A stretch of 64,000 nucleotides of DNA, taken from a virus (Duplodnaviria > Caudoviricetes). The DNA lies in the IMG/VR virus record IMGVR_UViG_3300026088_000016, positions 1-64,000 of that record; one strand, written 5' to 3'. The notes beneath the pieces were generated by a model. That model saw only the letters and a list, made by a program, of their open reading frames with translations, was not told the DNA's origin and did not search any database. Shown piece by piece: positions 25,264 to 34,729 of this stretch (its first letter is position 1; each line of letters opens with the position of its first letter). The position numbers were made by a program, and so were the translations under genes.

Positions 25264-26458
25264 AGTATCTCAATACGACGAAGAGTTGTCAGTAAACCCG
25301 TCCGGGTTTCTTTTCATGGCGGTGGATACCGGCCTGACTGATTCCAACGGGGACATCATTTACAAGACCAAGAAAATCACCAAGGACAAGGTGGGCGCAC
25401 AGGGACCGATTGGTCCTCAGGGCGCGGATGGTCCGACGGGTCCCACCGGTCCCACTGGTGCAGGTTCTGCCGGACCGACTGGGCCGACAGGTCCGACGGG
25501 TGCGGCCGGGGCCACGGGTCCGACAGGTCCAACGGGGACTACGGGTCCGACTGGTCCGACGGGTGCGGCGGGCCCAACCGGCCCCACTGGAGCTTCTGGT
25601 CCAACGGGACCTGCGATTACCGAGTTGGCGTCTCCAAAAGGGACGGCAATGGAGTATTTTGACGATTACGCAGCCGGCTCTATTTCCACCTTCAATCTTG
25701 GCTGGGGGTGGGCGAATGATGGGGTCGGGACAGGATGCACAATTGGAACACAGACCCATATCGACGGACGCTCAGAACAACGTCTTCAAATCAACAACGG
25801 ACAATACGGCCGTCGTATGCCGTGGGGAGACAAATGGAACCGGGTTCGTATTGTTCTGCTTTGGCGCGTGAATGCGGTCGCCTCCATCAGCAACGTAAAC
25901 GGATACGTGGGGATTTGTAGCGGAACGACCAACATGGTGGCGAGCAGCTCCACCGATAACTTCATCGGGCTGCGATGGGGCGACGGTGCCAGCACCCTGA
26001 CGTTCTCGAACGGAACGGTGATGGACAAGTTCAACATGGGAACTTCCTTCCGGTTTTATTCTCGGCGGGCAACGACTTCAACTCTTATTGCCGCGGGTGG
26101 GTCGGGTCACTTTGTTTCCTCGACAGAGGGATTTCTTTCCGGGATTGCGTATGAAGTCTCCCGTCCTGTTTTCGCGACTAACGGGACGAGTGTGACTTAT
26201 GCCCATAAGGAGGTTTCTACGGATACGGCCGCGGTTGAGTTTTCTCGCTCTAAGGATGCCATGAACCAGCTCATTTGGGATGACTCTACGTCTTCGACCA
26301 CTGTTACCACCGCGGAGACCGCGATTCTCGGCGGTATCGCGGGGACTACTTCCGCCGCGTTTGACCAGAGCACCGGAATTCTTGACACCCTCAATTTCAG
26401 TTGGGCAATGACAGACGGTCTTCAAATTGCAGCCGTCGGAGTTCGGAAAGTTTATTAA
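25256..26458 (+). CDS. Collagen-like fibre protein with (GPT)n repeat
   Basis: Long GPTGPTGA repeats; beta-rich lectin-like C-terminal domain. Confidence 0.8.
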   Translation: MAKVSQYDEELSVNPSGFLFMAVDTGLTDSNGDIIYKTKKITKDKVGAQGPIGPQGADGPTGPTGPTGAGSAGPTGPTGPTGAAGATGPTGPTGTTGPTGPTGAAGPTGPTGASGPTGPAITELASPKGTAMEYFDDYAAGSISTFNLGWGWANDGVGTGCTIGTQTHIDGRSEQRLQINNGQYGRRMPWGDKWNRVRIVLLWRVNAVASISNVNGYVGICSGTTNMVASSSTDNFIGLRWGDGASTLTFSNGTVMDKFNMGTSFRFYSRRATTSTLIAAGGSGHFVSSTEGFLSGIAYEVSRPVFATNGTSVTYAHKEVSTDTAAVEFSRSKDAMNQLIWDDSTSSTTVTTAETAILGGIAGTTSAAFDQSTGILDTLNFSWAMTDGLQIAAVGVRKVY

Positions 26459-26461
26459 CCT

Positions 26462-26821
26462 ATGAAGTATCCAATCGACCTCGGTCGCAGCATGAAGGAC
26501 TCGATGCCAGAAATGGCAATGTCCCCGAGCAAAGACAAACATTATCCATCGCTTTATCTCGACTGGGATTCTGACTACGAATTGCCGGAGTCCGGCACGA
26601 TGGTCATCAAGTTCGAGAAGGTCTCTGAGAGCAACAGCAAGGGCAAGAACAGCAAGCCCCACCAGTCGGTCACTCTCGAAATCAAATCCATCGAGAGCGT
26701 GAAGGGTGGGAAATCCAAGTCCGACTCGAAAGAGGAAGAGACCGGCGACGTTCTCGACCGTCTGAAGAAGGAAGTGGAATCGGACAAGGAAGAGTCCGAC
26801 GAAAACTACAAAGAGGAATAA
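26462..26821 (+). CDS. Acidic/Lys-rich hypothetical protein
   Basis: ORF track. Confidence 0.7.
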   Translation: MKYPIDLGRSMKDSMPEMAMSPSKDKHYPSLYLDWDSDYELPESGTMVIKFEKVSESNSKGKNSKPHQSVTLEIKSIESVKGGKSKSDSKEEETGDVLDRLKKEVESDKEESDENYKEE

Positions 26822-26824
26822 CTG

Positions 26825-27772
26825 ATGCTCCTTGTCAGCGACATCTGGGATGAGTCCAAGGTAATTTTTGGACACTGCAACGAGACGCGCCTGTTCCGGC
26901 AAATCTCGGACTCAATTCAGCTCTTGGCCAACAAGGGCGAGGTTGACCCGCTGGTCGGTTACGTGGACATCTGCGTGACCGCGCGCTGCGTTACGCTGCC
27001 CCGCGAAGTCGAGACGGTGCTCGCCGTGAACATCGGCGGTCATCCGGCGCTGGGCCATGACGAGCTCTTCAGCTTCCATCTTAACGGCCCCGGAGATTTC
27101 CGGGAATCGTGCAACTTCGACTGGTTCAACACCGGAAACTTTCCGACGTATCGGGACCTGCCCTGCCCGGCCCGGCTCATCGCATTTCTCAGCTCCGCGG
27201 AGGACGAAGGGAAACAGATTCGGGTTTTTGGTTTCGACGACCAGAACCAGCCGCTCCGCACGCAGATTAACGGCGAGTGGATTGACGGGCTCTTGGTCCC
27301 CACGATTTTTGGTTACGCAGTTCCTTCCAGCAATGACCCGAAGGTTTCCCGCATCACGGGAATTGTGAAGGACCGTATGGTCGCGAACGTGCGGCTCAGT
27401 TCTTTCGACAGCTCCTCTTCTTCGGGAACTCTTCTCGGAATTTTCGAGCCCGACGAGACCCGCCCGAGCTATCGTCGGATTCGCGTCGGCCCCGGTTGTG
27501 ATTGGGTCCGCATCTGCTATCGCAAGAAGACGTCGGATGTCCGGAGTGTTTACGACCGCATCCTGCTTCACAGCCGGATGGCTCTTCTCCTCGCCATGCG
27601 CGCGGTGAAGAAATACGAAGAGAACGACCTCGGGGTTGCGATGCAATTTGAAGCGCAGGCGTCACGCATCCTCACCGAGAAAGAATCCATTTTGACCAGC
27701 CCGGTGGGCAGTCCGATTCAGGTGGAAGACCGGAACGGCATGAAGCTCTCCGGCTGGGATGATGTTGACTGA
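26825..27772 (+). CDS. Head-tail adaptor / tail tubular A-like protein
   Basis: Position before the large beta-rich gene; helical termini. Confidence 0.6.
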   Translation: MLLVSDIWDESKVIFGHCNETRLFRQISDSIQLLANKGEVDPLVGYVDICVTARCVTLPREVETVLAVNIGGHPALGHDELFSFHLNGPGDFRESCNFDWFNTGNFPTYRDLPCPARLIAFLSSAEDEGKQIRVFGFDDQNQPLRTQINGEWIDGLLVPTIFGYAVPSSNDPKVSRITGIVKDRMVANVRLSSFDSSSSSGTLLGIFEPDETRPSYRRIRVGPGCDWVRICYRKKTSDVRSVYDRILLHSRMALLLAMRAVKKYEENDLGVAMQFEAQASRILTEKESILTSPVGSPIQVEDRNGMKLSGWDDVD

Positions 27773-29751
27773 TGGCCCTGAACAAAGGACAAGAGGGGGA
27801 CGGCGTATTTACAGGCGGGACAAATTCCGACCTGCATCCAGTCTATCTCCCGCCCGCGAGCTACGCGCGCGGAATGAACCTCGTGAACCGCGGCGGGCGC
27901 CTCCAGTGCCGTCCCGGCTACCGCTGTCTTGCGGCTTGGCCTGAAGGCCGGCTCCAAGGCTTCTTCATTTTTCGTCCCCGCATCGGGGAGCCGATTCTCG
28001 TCTTCGCCGTTGCCGGCCGAATCTACACGAGCTTGTATCCGTTCAAGGAATACCGACAACTGGAGGACCTGCAATTCTCGGACACGTCCCGCCAGCTCTT
28101 CTTCGCGCAGACGACTCAGGCGCTGGAACGGAATGATGACGGGAGTCTGACGCTCATCGAGCCGCGGAATCTTCTCATCATTCAGGACGGTGGATTCACC
28201 AGCCCGGGTGTCTTCGATGGCACGACGGCTTTTCACTCCCGCGGATTTGGTGCGATTCCGATTGGCGGTCCGATGGCGTGGTCCGGAGACCGACTCTGGG
28301 TGGCCCGGAACAATCAGGTGTTCGCTGGAGACTTGGCGAATCCGCTCTCGTTCACGGAAGCGCTCTACATCACCACGACGGCTTCGTTCCTGTTCAAGGG
28401 AGAGGTCACAGCTTTTTATACCATCAACAGCGGAGCCTCTGTTCCGCAGCTCTTGGTTTTCACCCGGGACAACACCGAGGTTCTTCAATCGGGAGTCCGA
28501 CTGCGCGAGCAGTGGATTTCAATCGCGGACTTCCAGCGGGAAGTTCTCCCGAACATCGGCTGCGTCTCCGAACGCTCGGTGGTTGCGCATGGCGGTTATC
28601 TGTGGTGGTTCAGCCGCTACGGGCTCGTTTCTTTTGACAGCGCCTCTCAGGCATTCGTGACGTCGTCTCTTCCGTATCTGGACCAAGAGATGTCAGACAG
28701 CAAGACCTACCTGTCTCCAGATTTGTCAGGAGTCGCCGCGGGAGTCCACGAAAACTATCTGATGGTCAGCGTTCCGTATGCGGAGGAATTCAACAAGCAT
28801 ACGTGGGTGCTGGACAACTCTCCCATCCCGACGAAAAAGCAGGTGGTGCCAGCGTGGAATTCTTTCTGGACGGGCACCCGGCCGGCGCAGTGGTTCAGCG
28901 GAGTCATCATGGGCCGGGAGCGGGTGCTCTACATCAGCCCGGACCACGACGGAGTAAATCGTCTGTGGGAGGCTTTCACTCCTGACCGACGGGACGACGG
29001 ATGCCACATTACTTGGTGGGCCGAGTTGCGCGCGTATGCGGACAATTCGCCCGCGAAGAACAAGGAATTTCGATACGCGGACCTTTGGTTCTCGGAGTTG
29101 AGCGGCGTGGTGGACCTTGCGGTCTTCTGGGCCGGCGCCAACCGCGGGAAATACAAACGGGTTTTGACGAAGCGGATTCGTGCCGCTCGCGGGATGCTGC
29201 GGATTGACCGAATCATCAACATGGCGACTCGGATTTTCTCGCTGAAGAAGCAGAGCCGGTATCTGCGGACGGCGGATGCGCGGCAGCAGTCTCCTGAAGA
29301 GGACCTGTCGAGTTGCGGAATTGAGTCGCCTTACATGGAGTTCAAGGACGATTCCATCCAGCTTTTGATTGTCGGCTCCGGTCCCGCGGCGCTCTCTAGC
29401 GTCCTGCTTTACTTTTCTGACGGTGACAAGCTCGACGACTCCGGTAAGTGCGAAGAGGATGAGACTCAGGAGAGCTTTGTCCGGTTCGACGGCGCGGCCG
29501 TGAAGTCTGACGACATCGAGACGGCGCAAGCCGAGTTTGAAGCGGGGAGCCGCTCCGAGCCCGAGCTGTTTTTCGCCGCCCGGGCCGAGACGGTCACCGC
29601 CGAAGGCTTTACCGAAGTCGGAGTGGGCGAACACACGACTCCAATCTCCCAGCAGTGCGCGGATAAAGTGGCTTCGACCATCGCGCGGCGCATGGCGTCG
29701 GCTCGACTGGAGGAACTTCTCCCGCTTCGGGTCAGTCAGGCAATCGAATGA
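27772..29751 (+). CDS. Tail nozzle / tubular B (P22 gp10-like) beta-propeller protein
   Basis: 659 aa, beta-rich; N-terminal GMNLVNRGGRLQCRPGY as in podovirus nozzle proteins. Confidence 0.7.
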   Translation: MALNKGQEGDGVFTGGTNSDLHPVYLPPASYARGMNLVNRGGRLQCRPGYRCLAAWPEGRLQGFFIFRPRIGEPILVFAVAGRIYTSLYPFKEYRQLEDLQFSDTSRQLFFAQTTQALERNDDGSLTLIEPRNLLIIQDGGFTSPGVFDGTTAFHSRGFGAIPIGGPMAWSGDRLWVARNNQVFAGDLANPLSFTEALYITTTASFLFKGEVTAFYTINSGASVPQLLVFTRDNTEVLQSGVRLREQWISIADFQREVLPNIGCVSERSVVAHGGYLWWFSRYGLVSFDSASQAFVTSSLPYLDQEMSDSKTYLSPDLSGVAAGVHENYLMVSVPYAEEFNKHTWVLDNSPIPTKKQVVPAWNSFWTGTRPAQWFSGVIMGRERVLYISPDHDGVNRLWEAFTPDRRDDGCHITWWAELRAYADNSPAKNKEFRYADLWFSELSGVVDLAVFWAGANRGKYKRVLTKRIRAARGMLRIDRIINMATRIFSLKKQSRYLRTADARQQSPEEDLSSCGIESPYMEFKDDSIQLLIVGSGPAALSSVLLYFSDGDKLDDSGKCEEDETQESFVRFDGAAVKSDDIETAQAEFEAGSRSEPELFFAARAETVTAEGFTEVGVGEHTTPISQQCADKVASTIARRMASARLEELLPLRVSQAIE

Positions 29752-30161
29752 ACACCTTCGCGGCGCTAAATCCAGCTTCCCGGCGGGCGATTCGGATTCC
29801 CTACGAATCCCCGCTCATCTGCCAGCTCGCCTCAGAGGCGTCCGGGTCGGCCGGAACCTCGTTGAATGTGCTTGACATCCTCCCGACGGAACAAGTGGCC
29901 GGCCCGACTCTCTCGGTGCTGCTTCTGGAGGACAATTCAGTGCAGCTTTCGTGGACCAACACGGTCCCAGACGCTTACGCATACATCATTTACCGCGCGA
30001 CCGTCGCGGAAGGCCCCTATTCGGTCCAAGCCTCGGGGATTTTCGACCGGATTTTCGTTGACAATCCCCCGTCTGGCAACTACTTCTATAAGGTAACAGC
30101 GCTTGAGCCCAATTTCGGCGAGACGACTGCTTCCAACGTGGTTTCAATCACCGTTCCATGA
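29748..30161 (+). CDS. FN3/Ig-like virion protein
   Basis: VQLSW....AY.IYR....GPY...D....YFYKVTA pattern. Confidence 0.75.
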   Translation: MNTFAALNPASRRAIRIPYESPLICQLASEASGSAGTSLNVLDILPTEQVAGPTLSVLLLEDNSVQLSWTNTVPDAYAYIIYRATVAEGPYSVQASGIFDRIFVDNPPSGNYFYKVTALEPNFGETTASNVVSITVP

Positions 30162-31225
30162 GTGACCTGTTCAAAACTAATTTCGTAATCGTCGCGGCGC
30201 CGCTTCCTCCAGACCTCGAAGGGGATTTGCAGGAGATTTTCGACGCCTACACCGCGCGGTTGCAGATTCAGTCCCCACAGGGGCAGAATTTTTTCGTGAC
30301 CGGTGACGTGGAGCCCTCAACCAACTCCGGACCGTGGCTGAAAAACGGAGACCGGTGGTATGTGTTCGACACGGCCTTGGGCCGATACGTTCCCATCAAC
30401 ATCGAAGACAGCGTGACTCAGGTTTACGTGGTCTCGGACGTCGAGCCGGATGCTCCGACGAACGACGACCCGGTGATTTGGTTGCGCACCGCGAACTCGC
30501 GCGTGATTGGCTGGTATTTCTGGGATGGAGCTATCTGGCGACCCGGTGGGAATGTGCCCCCGAGTGGTCCGACGGCTTCCCGTCCGACTACTCCAAAAGA
30601 TTTGGAGCAGTTCTTTGACACGGACATCGCTTGTCTTCTTCACTGGGAGCGCGGCGCGTGGCGGACGGTCTCGGGAACTCCCGGGGACATCAAGTTTGTC
30701 ACCACGGCGACGCTGACCGCGGCTATCACGGCGAATCCCGGATGGATTTACGTCGGTGAGAGCACTCTCGACTGGCGCGGACGTGTTTTGGGCATTGCGA
30801 CCAAGGACCCGGGGGCAACTCCGGAGACGGCGTATCCGACGAGCGCTGGAATTTCTTCCCGCGCGCAGGCGGACGTCGCAGGCGCGGAGACGGTGACGCT
30901 GACTTCGGTCCAAGTCGAGCAACACTCACACGTTGTTGGCTCGGCGACATTGCTGAACAGCGACAACAACGCATACTTCCAGCGCGTGGACGATGCGGAG
31001 GCCCCGGCGATTCCCGGGCCCAAGCCGCCGAATTATTTTCAGGTGAATGGTGACGGTTCCACGAATGGAACGCACAACGGCGTGATGCCGGACCCCGCGA
31101 ACGGGACGATGTTCATCACTTCCCGCCAGTTCAGTCTGGCGGATGTGCCGAACTACACGGGCGCGGCTGAATCGCACGAGAATATGCAGCCGACGCTGTT
31201 CCTGTGGGCCTTGGTGAAGACGTAA
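30158..31225 (+). CDS. Tail fibre / collar-like protein
   Basis: PGDIKF collar-like motif, G.E.VTLT..Q...HSH, HENMQP at the C-terminus. Confidence 0.7.
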   Translation: MSDLFKTNFVIVAAPLPPDLEGDLQEIFDAYTARLQIQSPQGQNFFVTGDVEPSTNSGPWLKNGDRWYVFDTALGRYVPINIEDSVTQVYVVSDVEPDAPTNDDPVIWLRTANSRVIGWYFWDGAIWRPGGNVPPSGPTASRPTTPKDLEQFFDTDIACLLHWERGAWRTVSGTPGDIKFVTTATLTAAITANPGWIYVGESTLDWRGRVLGIATKDPGATPETAYPTSAGISSRAQADVAGAETVTLTSVQVEQHSHVVGSATLLNSDNNAYFQRVDDAEAPAIPGPKPPNYFQVNGDGSTNGTHNGVMPDPANGTMFITSRQFSLADVPNYTGAAESHENMQPTLFLWALVKT

Positions 31226-31644
31226 TGGAGATTTCTCCCGTCAATCTCGAAGAGTTGCACGAAATAGAGCCGATGGCTCGCGAGTGCTTCCGGGATTTCA
31301 AGTATCCGGGGACGTTCGACTGGAAAACTTTCTCGGGACTGTGGAAGATGCACATTGAGACCGGAATTGGTCTCATTCTGCGCGCGGGGAACGCCGGGCT
31401 CCTCGGAATGGTGATTGGTCCAGACCAGTTCAACGGCTGGCGCACCGCGATGGTCAATTTTTGGTTTGTGATGCCGGCCGAACGCCGTCATGGGCATGGT
31501 CGGGACCTTATTCTCGCCGCGGAGGTGGTCGCCGCGGAGGAAAAGTGTCGTCGGATTCTCATGGGGCATCCGATTGGTTACGTGAAGTTTTTTCAGCGAA
31601 TGGGATTCACGCCTGTAGAGGTGGGCTTCCAAAAGTTACTGTAA
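31225..31644 (+). CDS. GNAT acetyltransferase
   Basis: FWFVMP.ERRHGHGRDL (R/QxxGxG motif A), FFQRMGF. Confidence 0.85.
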   Translation: MEISPVNLEELHEIEPMARECFRDFKYPGTFDWKTFSGLWKMHIETGIGLILRAGNAGLLGMVIGPDQFNGWRTAMVNFWFVMPAERRHGHGRDLILAAEVVAAEEKCRRILMGHPIGYVKFFQRMGFTPVEVGFQKLL

Positions 31645-31645
31645 T

Positions 31646-32977
31646 ATGGGTCAAGTTCTATCATCGGGCACGTCAATCATCTCCGGGGTGCTGGAGAAGC
31701 GCGCCGCCGACAAAGCGTATAACACGCAGAAACACGGCGTCATCAAGCAACAGAAGTTGCTGGCGGATGAATACAACCCGGACCGCGTAAATACGCTGGT
31801 CAACAAGTATGACAAGGGCTTCCTCCAGAAGCGGCTCGATTTGCAGAAGGAGTTCGACCCGGAACTCTTCGCACTCCGCGAGCAGGGCAAGAAAAATCTC
31901 CTGACGGAGCTTGGCCGCGATAACGCGACCCGCATGTCGCAGAAAGTCGCGACGAAGCTGTTCGACGAGAACATCAACCCGAACGAAAGCTCGGAGAAGC
32001 TCAAGGACAAACTTTTCAATGAGGCCAACTCGGCTCTGGAGCAGGGTGCGTCTCTCCCGCCGGAATTTCAGGCGGAACTGGTCCGCTCAGGTCTCTCTGG
32101 TGCGGCCGGCAGCGGATTTACCCTCGACAAGAAGTCGATTGGCGGTCCTGTGGCGCACGCGCTCGGTTCGGAGGCCATCAAGCTCCAGCAGATGCGCCAG
32201 CAGCAGGCAATCCAGCTCGGGCAGGCCGGGCAGCAGCTCACTGACGCGCGCACTCGCATCCTGAGCAACATTTTTCCGACGATTCAGAATTCGGAGCAGA
32301 CGGCCGAGGGTCGGAGCGCCGCGGCGTTCGCCATCGGCAACGAGAATCTCCCGAGTGGCGGTCTCACCGGCAAGGAAGCTCTGAGCTACGACATTGCCGG
32401 CAAGGAAGGCAATCGTCAGCTCACCGGTCAGAAGTATGACATGCGGGCGAACAAGACCCTGCGTAACGCGGCCTTCACGAACAATCTCATCGGTCAGTTG
32501 GGGTCCGCAGGCGGACTCCTCTATACTCCGCAGCAATACGACACGGGCCAAGGCCCGGGAGTCGGTGGTCCAGTTGCAGCCCCGGCCGGAGGCGGCGGTG
32601 GCGGTGGAGACATGCTCGGTGGTTTGCTGGGCGGAGGCGGCGGTGGCGGTGGTGGCGGAGGCGGCGGTGGAATGAATATCAGTTCCATCATCGGACTCGC
32701 GGCCATGTTCTGCGACGCAACCATGAAGGAAGTGACCGGTCAGGTTTACCCGTCGGACATTCTCGCGAAAGTTCGTGAGCTCCCGATGAGCCGCTGGAAA
32801 TACATCAACCCGGTTCTCGGCGAAGGAGAACACATCGGCACGATGGCTCAAGATTTTAACCGACTCTTTCCGAATGAAGGGGGCGACAAGGTGATTCCAA
32901 TGGTGGACATCATCGGAGTATTGCTCGCCTCGGTTCAGGCCCTCGCGAAAAAAGTCGAACAGTTGGAGAAACGATAA
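31646..32977 (+). CDS. Ejection/pilot protein with a C-terminal peptidase S74-like chaperone domain
   Basis: Gln-rich coiled coil, Gly-rich linker, then CD...K, W.Y, HIG.MAQD, D..GVLLASVQAL..KV..LE. Confidence 0.75.
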   Translation: MGQVLSSGTSIISGVLEKRAADKAYNTQKHGVIKQQKLLADEYNPDRVNTLVNKYDKGFLQKRLDLQKEFDPELFALREQGKKNLLTELGRDNATRMSQKVATKLFDENINPNESSEKLKDKLFNEANSALEQGASLPPEFQAELVRSGLSGAAGSGFTLDKKSIGGPVAHALGSEAIKLQQMRQQQAIQLGQAGQQLTDARTRILSNIFPTIQNSEQTAEGRSAAAFAIGNENLPSGGLTGKEALSYDIAGKEGNRQLTGQKYDMRANKTLRNAAFTNNLIGQLGSAGGLLYTPQQYDTGQGPGVGGPVAAPAGGGGGGGDMLGGLLGGGGGGGGGGGGGGMNISSIIGLAAMFCDATMKEVTGQVYPSDILAKVRELPMSRWKYINPVLGEGEHIGTMAQDFNRLFPNEGGDKVIPMVDIIGVLLASVQALAKKVEQLEKR

Positions 32978-33501
32978 TGCCACTTACAGTCCCCACATCT
33001 GGAGCGATGGCTCCATCGCCCGCACTGGTTCAGCCGGCCGATTTGCAACCCGCCCTCGACCGCCTTCATCAGGCTTACAAGGAAGGCTTCATCACTCAGC
33101 AGGACATCCAGAAGCGCACCGCAGTCGGAATCTCCGACGCGCAGGCGCAGCGCAAGCAGAACGAAGCCGCCGGGGCGAAAGCCGAGCAGGACCGCAAGGA
33201 CCAGCAAGGTGGCAAGGGCTACAGCAAGCCCGGCACTTTTGCGCGCCTCACTGGAATCGGCACCGCGCCGAAGCCGGCGATTCCGACGCCAGCATCTCTT
33301 CCGGCATCCCCGGTGAACCCGAATGCGGGAGCCACGGAAGGTGGTCTGGAGCCAGCCGTGATTCCGACCCCGGCCGCAGCGGCACCGCCCGCTCCCAGTC
33401 CCTATTTGCAAGCAGCCTCGGCCGACGATTTCAATCCGGTTCACGAATCGACGGACGACCTTTTGAAACTTGTTCAAGAGGGCGGCTACATGTTCCCGTA
33501 A
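32977..33501 (+). CDS. Pro/Ala-rich internal virion protein
   Basis: TAATG coupling; ejection region. Confidence 0.65.
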   Translation: MPLTVPTSGAMAPSPALVQPADLQPALDRLHQAYKEGFITQQDIQKRTAVGISDAQAQRKQNEAAGAKAEQDRKDQQGGKGYSKPGTFARLTGIGTAPKPAIPTPASLPASPVNPNAGATEGGLEPAVIPTPAAAAPPAPSPYLQAASADDFNPVHESTDDLLKLVQEGGYMFP

Positions 33502-33505
33502 TCTC

Positions 33506-34726
33506 ATGCCTCTTCAGGACCCGAAAATTCAATCAGCGCTTGCCGAGTTGCGGCGTCGTGGAGTCATTCCGTCAGACGAACAACTCTCGCCATCTCCCGG
33601 GGCGCCACAGGATGAAGTTCCTTCGCTCCGAGAACCAGCTCCTTCGGCTCCGGCCCCGGTGACTTTGCAGGACATCTCACCGATGCGGTCCACTGGTGCG
33701 ATGCCCGCGGAAGATTTGTCCAGTCCTCGTGATGTCGAGCGTCAGCTCAAGCTGAAGACCATGAAGGGCCAGCTCGCGATTCAGGACGCAGTGAACGAAC
33801 TCAATCGGCGCGGAGTCAACCTCAAGTTGAAGACCCAGCCGGCGGAAGAGGAAATCGTCACCCGGCAGGCCGGCGAAGCGGTGGAGAATTCCCGCGGTCA
33901 GGGAGACCCGGAAGCCTTCAAAGGTGCGTGGCGTCAACTTTTTCCCGGGAAGCCCCTTCCCCGGAAGAACGGTCAGATTGATTACGATTCTGGTCAGGAC
34001 GACATTGACGTCGAGCTCGACCGTCGCAAGAAACTCGAAGCGGCCAAGGTTGGGGCGCACAATGTCGTCGAGACAAAGGTCAAACGCATCAACCCCCAGA
34101 CCAAAAAGGAAGAGGAGGTTCTGGTGCGGACGGACAAGATGACTGGACAGAATTTGGGTGAGACCGTTCTGAATTCTCAGGCCCCGACCCTTAACGAGCA
34201 GGAAGGGCAGGCTGCGCGGTATTCCGCGCGCATGAACTACAATCAAAAGATTCTGACGGATACTGAAAAGGCCGGGTTCAATCCGACGGCCATCAGCACC
34301 ACTCTTCAGGGCTTTCTTCCAAACCGTTTTCAGCCGGAGCAACGACAGATTTACAATTCGGCGAAGCAGAACTGGATTGCGGCTGTTCTCCGTAAGGAAT
34401 CTGGTGCTGCAATTGCGGCCAAGGAATACAAGGATGCCGACCGCCAGTATTTTCCGCAAGACGGGGACGCTCCGTCAGTGGTGAAACAGAAACAGGCGCT
34501 TCGAGAGCTTGCTGAAGAGGAAATGACGAAGTCCATTGGACCGTCGGCTCCCGACCGGGCTCACCCTGCGGCTCCCGGCGCAGCTCCCGCGGCGCCCGCC
34601 AATACTTCCACTGAGACTCCGGTCTCGGTGAACACTCCCGCCGAAGCTCCTGCGACGGCAAAATTCATCAAGTCCCCCGACGGCCGCGTATTCCGGAATC
34701 CGAAATACACGGGAGTCGTTCAATAA
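33506..34726 (+). CDS. DNA transfer / ejection protein
   Basis: LRKESGAAI...E.......YFPQ.GD....V.QK motif typical of podovirus injection proteins. Confidence 0.7.
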   Translation: MPLQDPKIQSALAELRRRGVIPSDEQLSPSPGAPQDEVPSLREPAPSAPAPVTLQDISPMRSTGAMPAEDLSSPRDVERQLKLKTMKGQLAIQDAVNELNRRGVNLKLKTQPAEEEIVTRQAGEAVENSRGQGDPEAFKGAWRQLFPGKPLPRKNGQIDYDSGQDDIDVELDRRKKLEAAKVGAHNVVETKVKRINPQTKKEEEVLVRTDKMTGQNLGETVLNSQAPTLNEQEGQAARYSARMNYNQKILTDTEKAGFNPTAISTTLQGFLPNRFQPEQRQIYNSAKQNWIAAVLRKESGAAIAAKEYKDADRQYFPQDGDAPSVVKQKQALRELAEEEMTKSIGPSAPDRAHPAAPGAAPAAPANTSTETPVSVNTPAEAPATAKFIKSPDGRVFRNPKYTGVVQ

Positions 34727-34729
34727 GAA

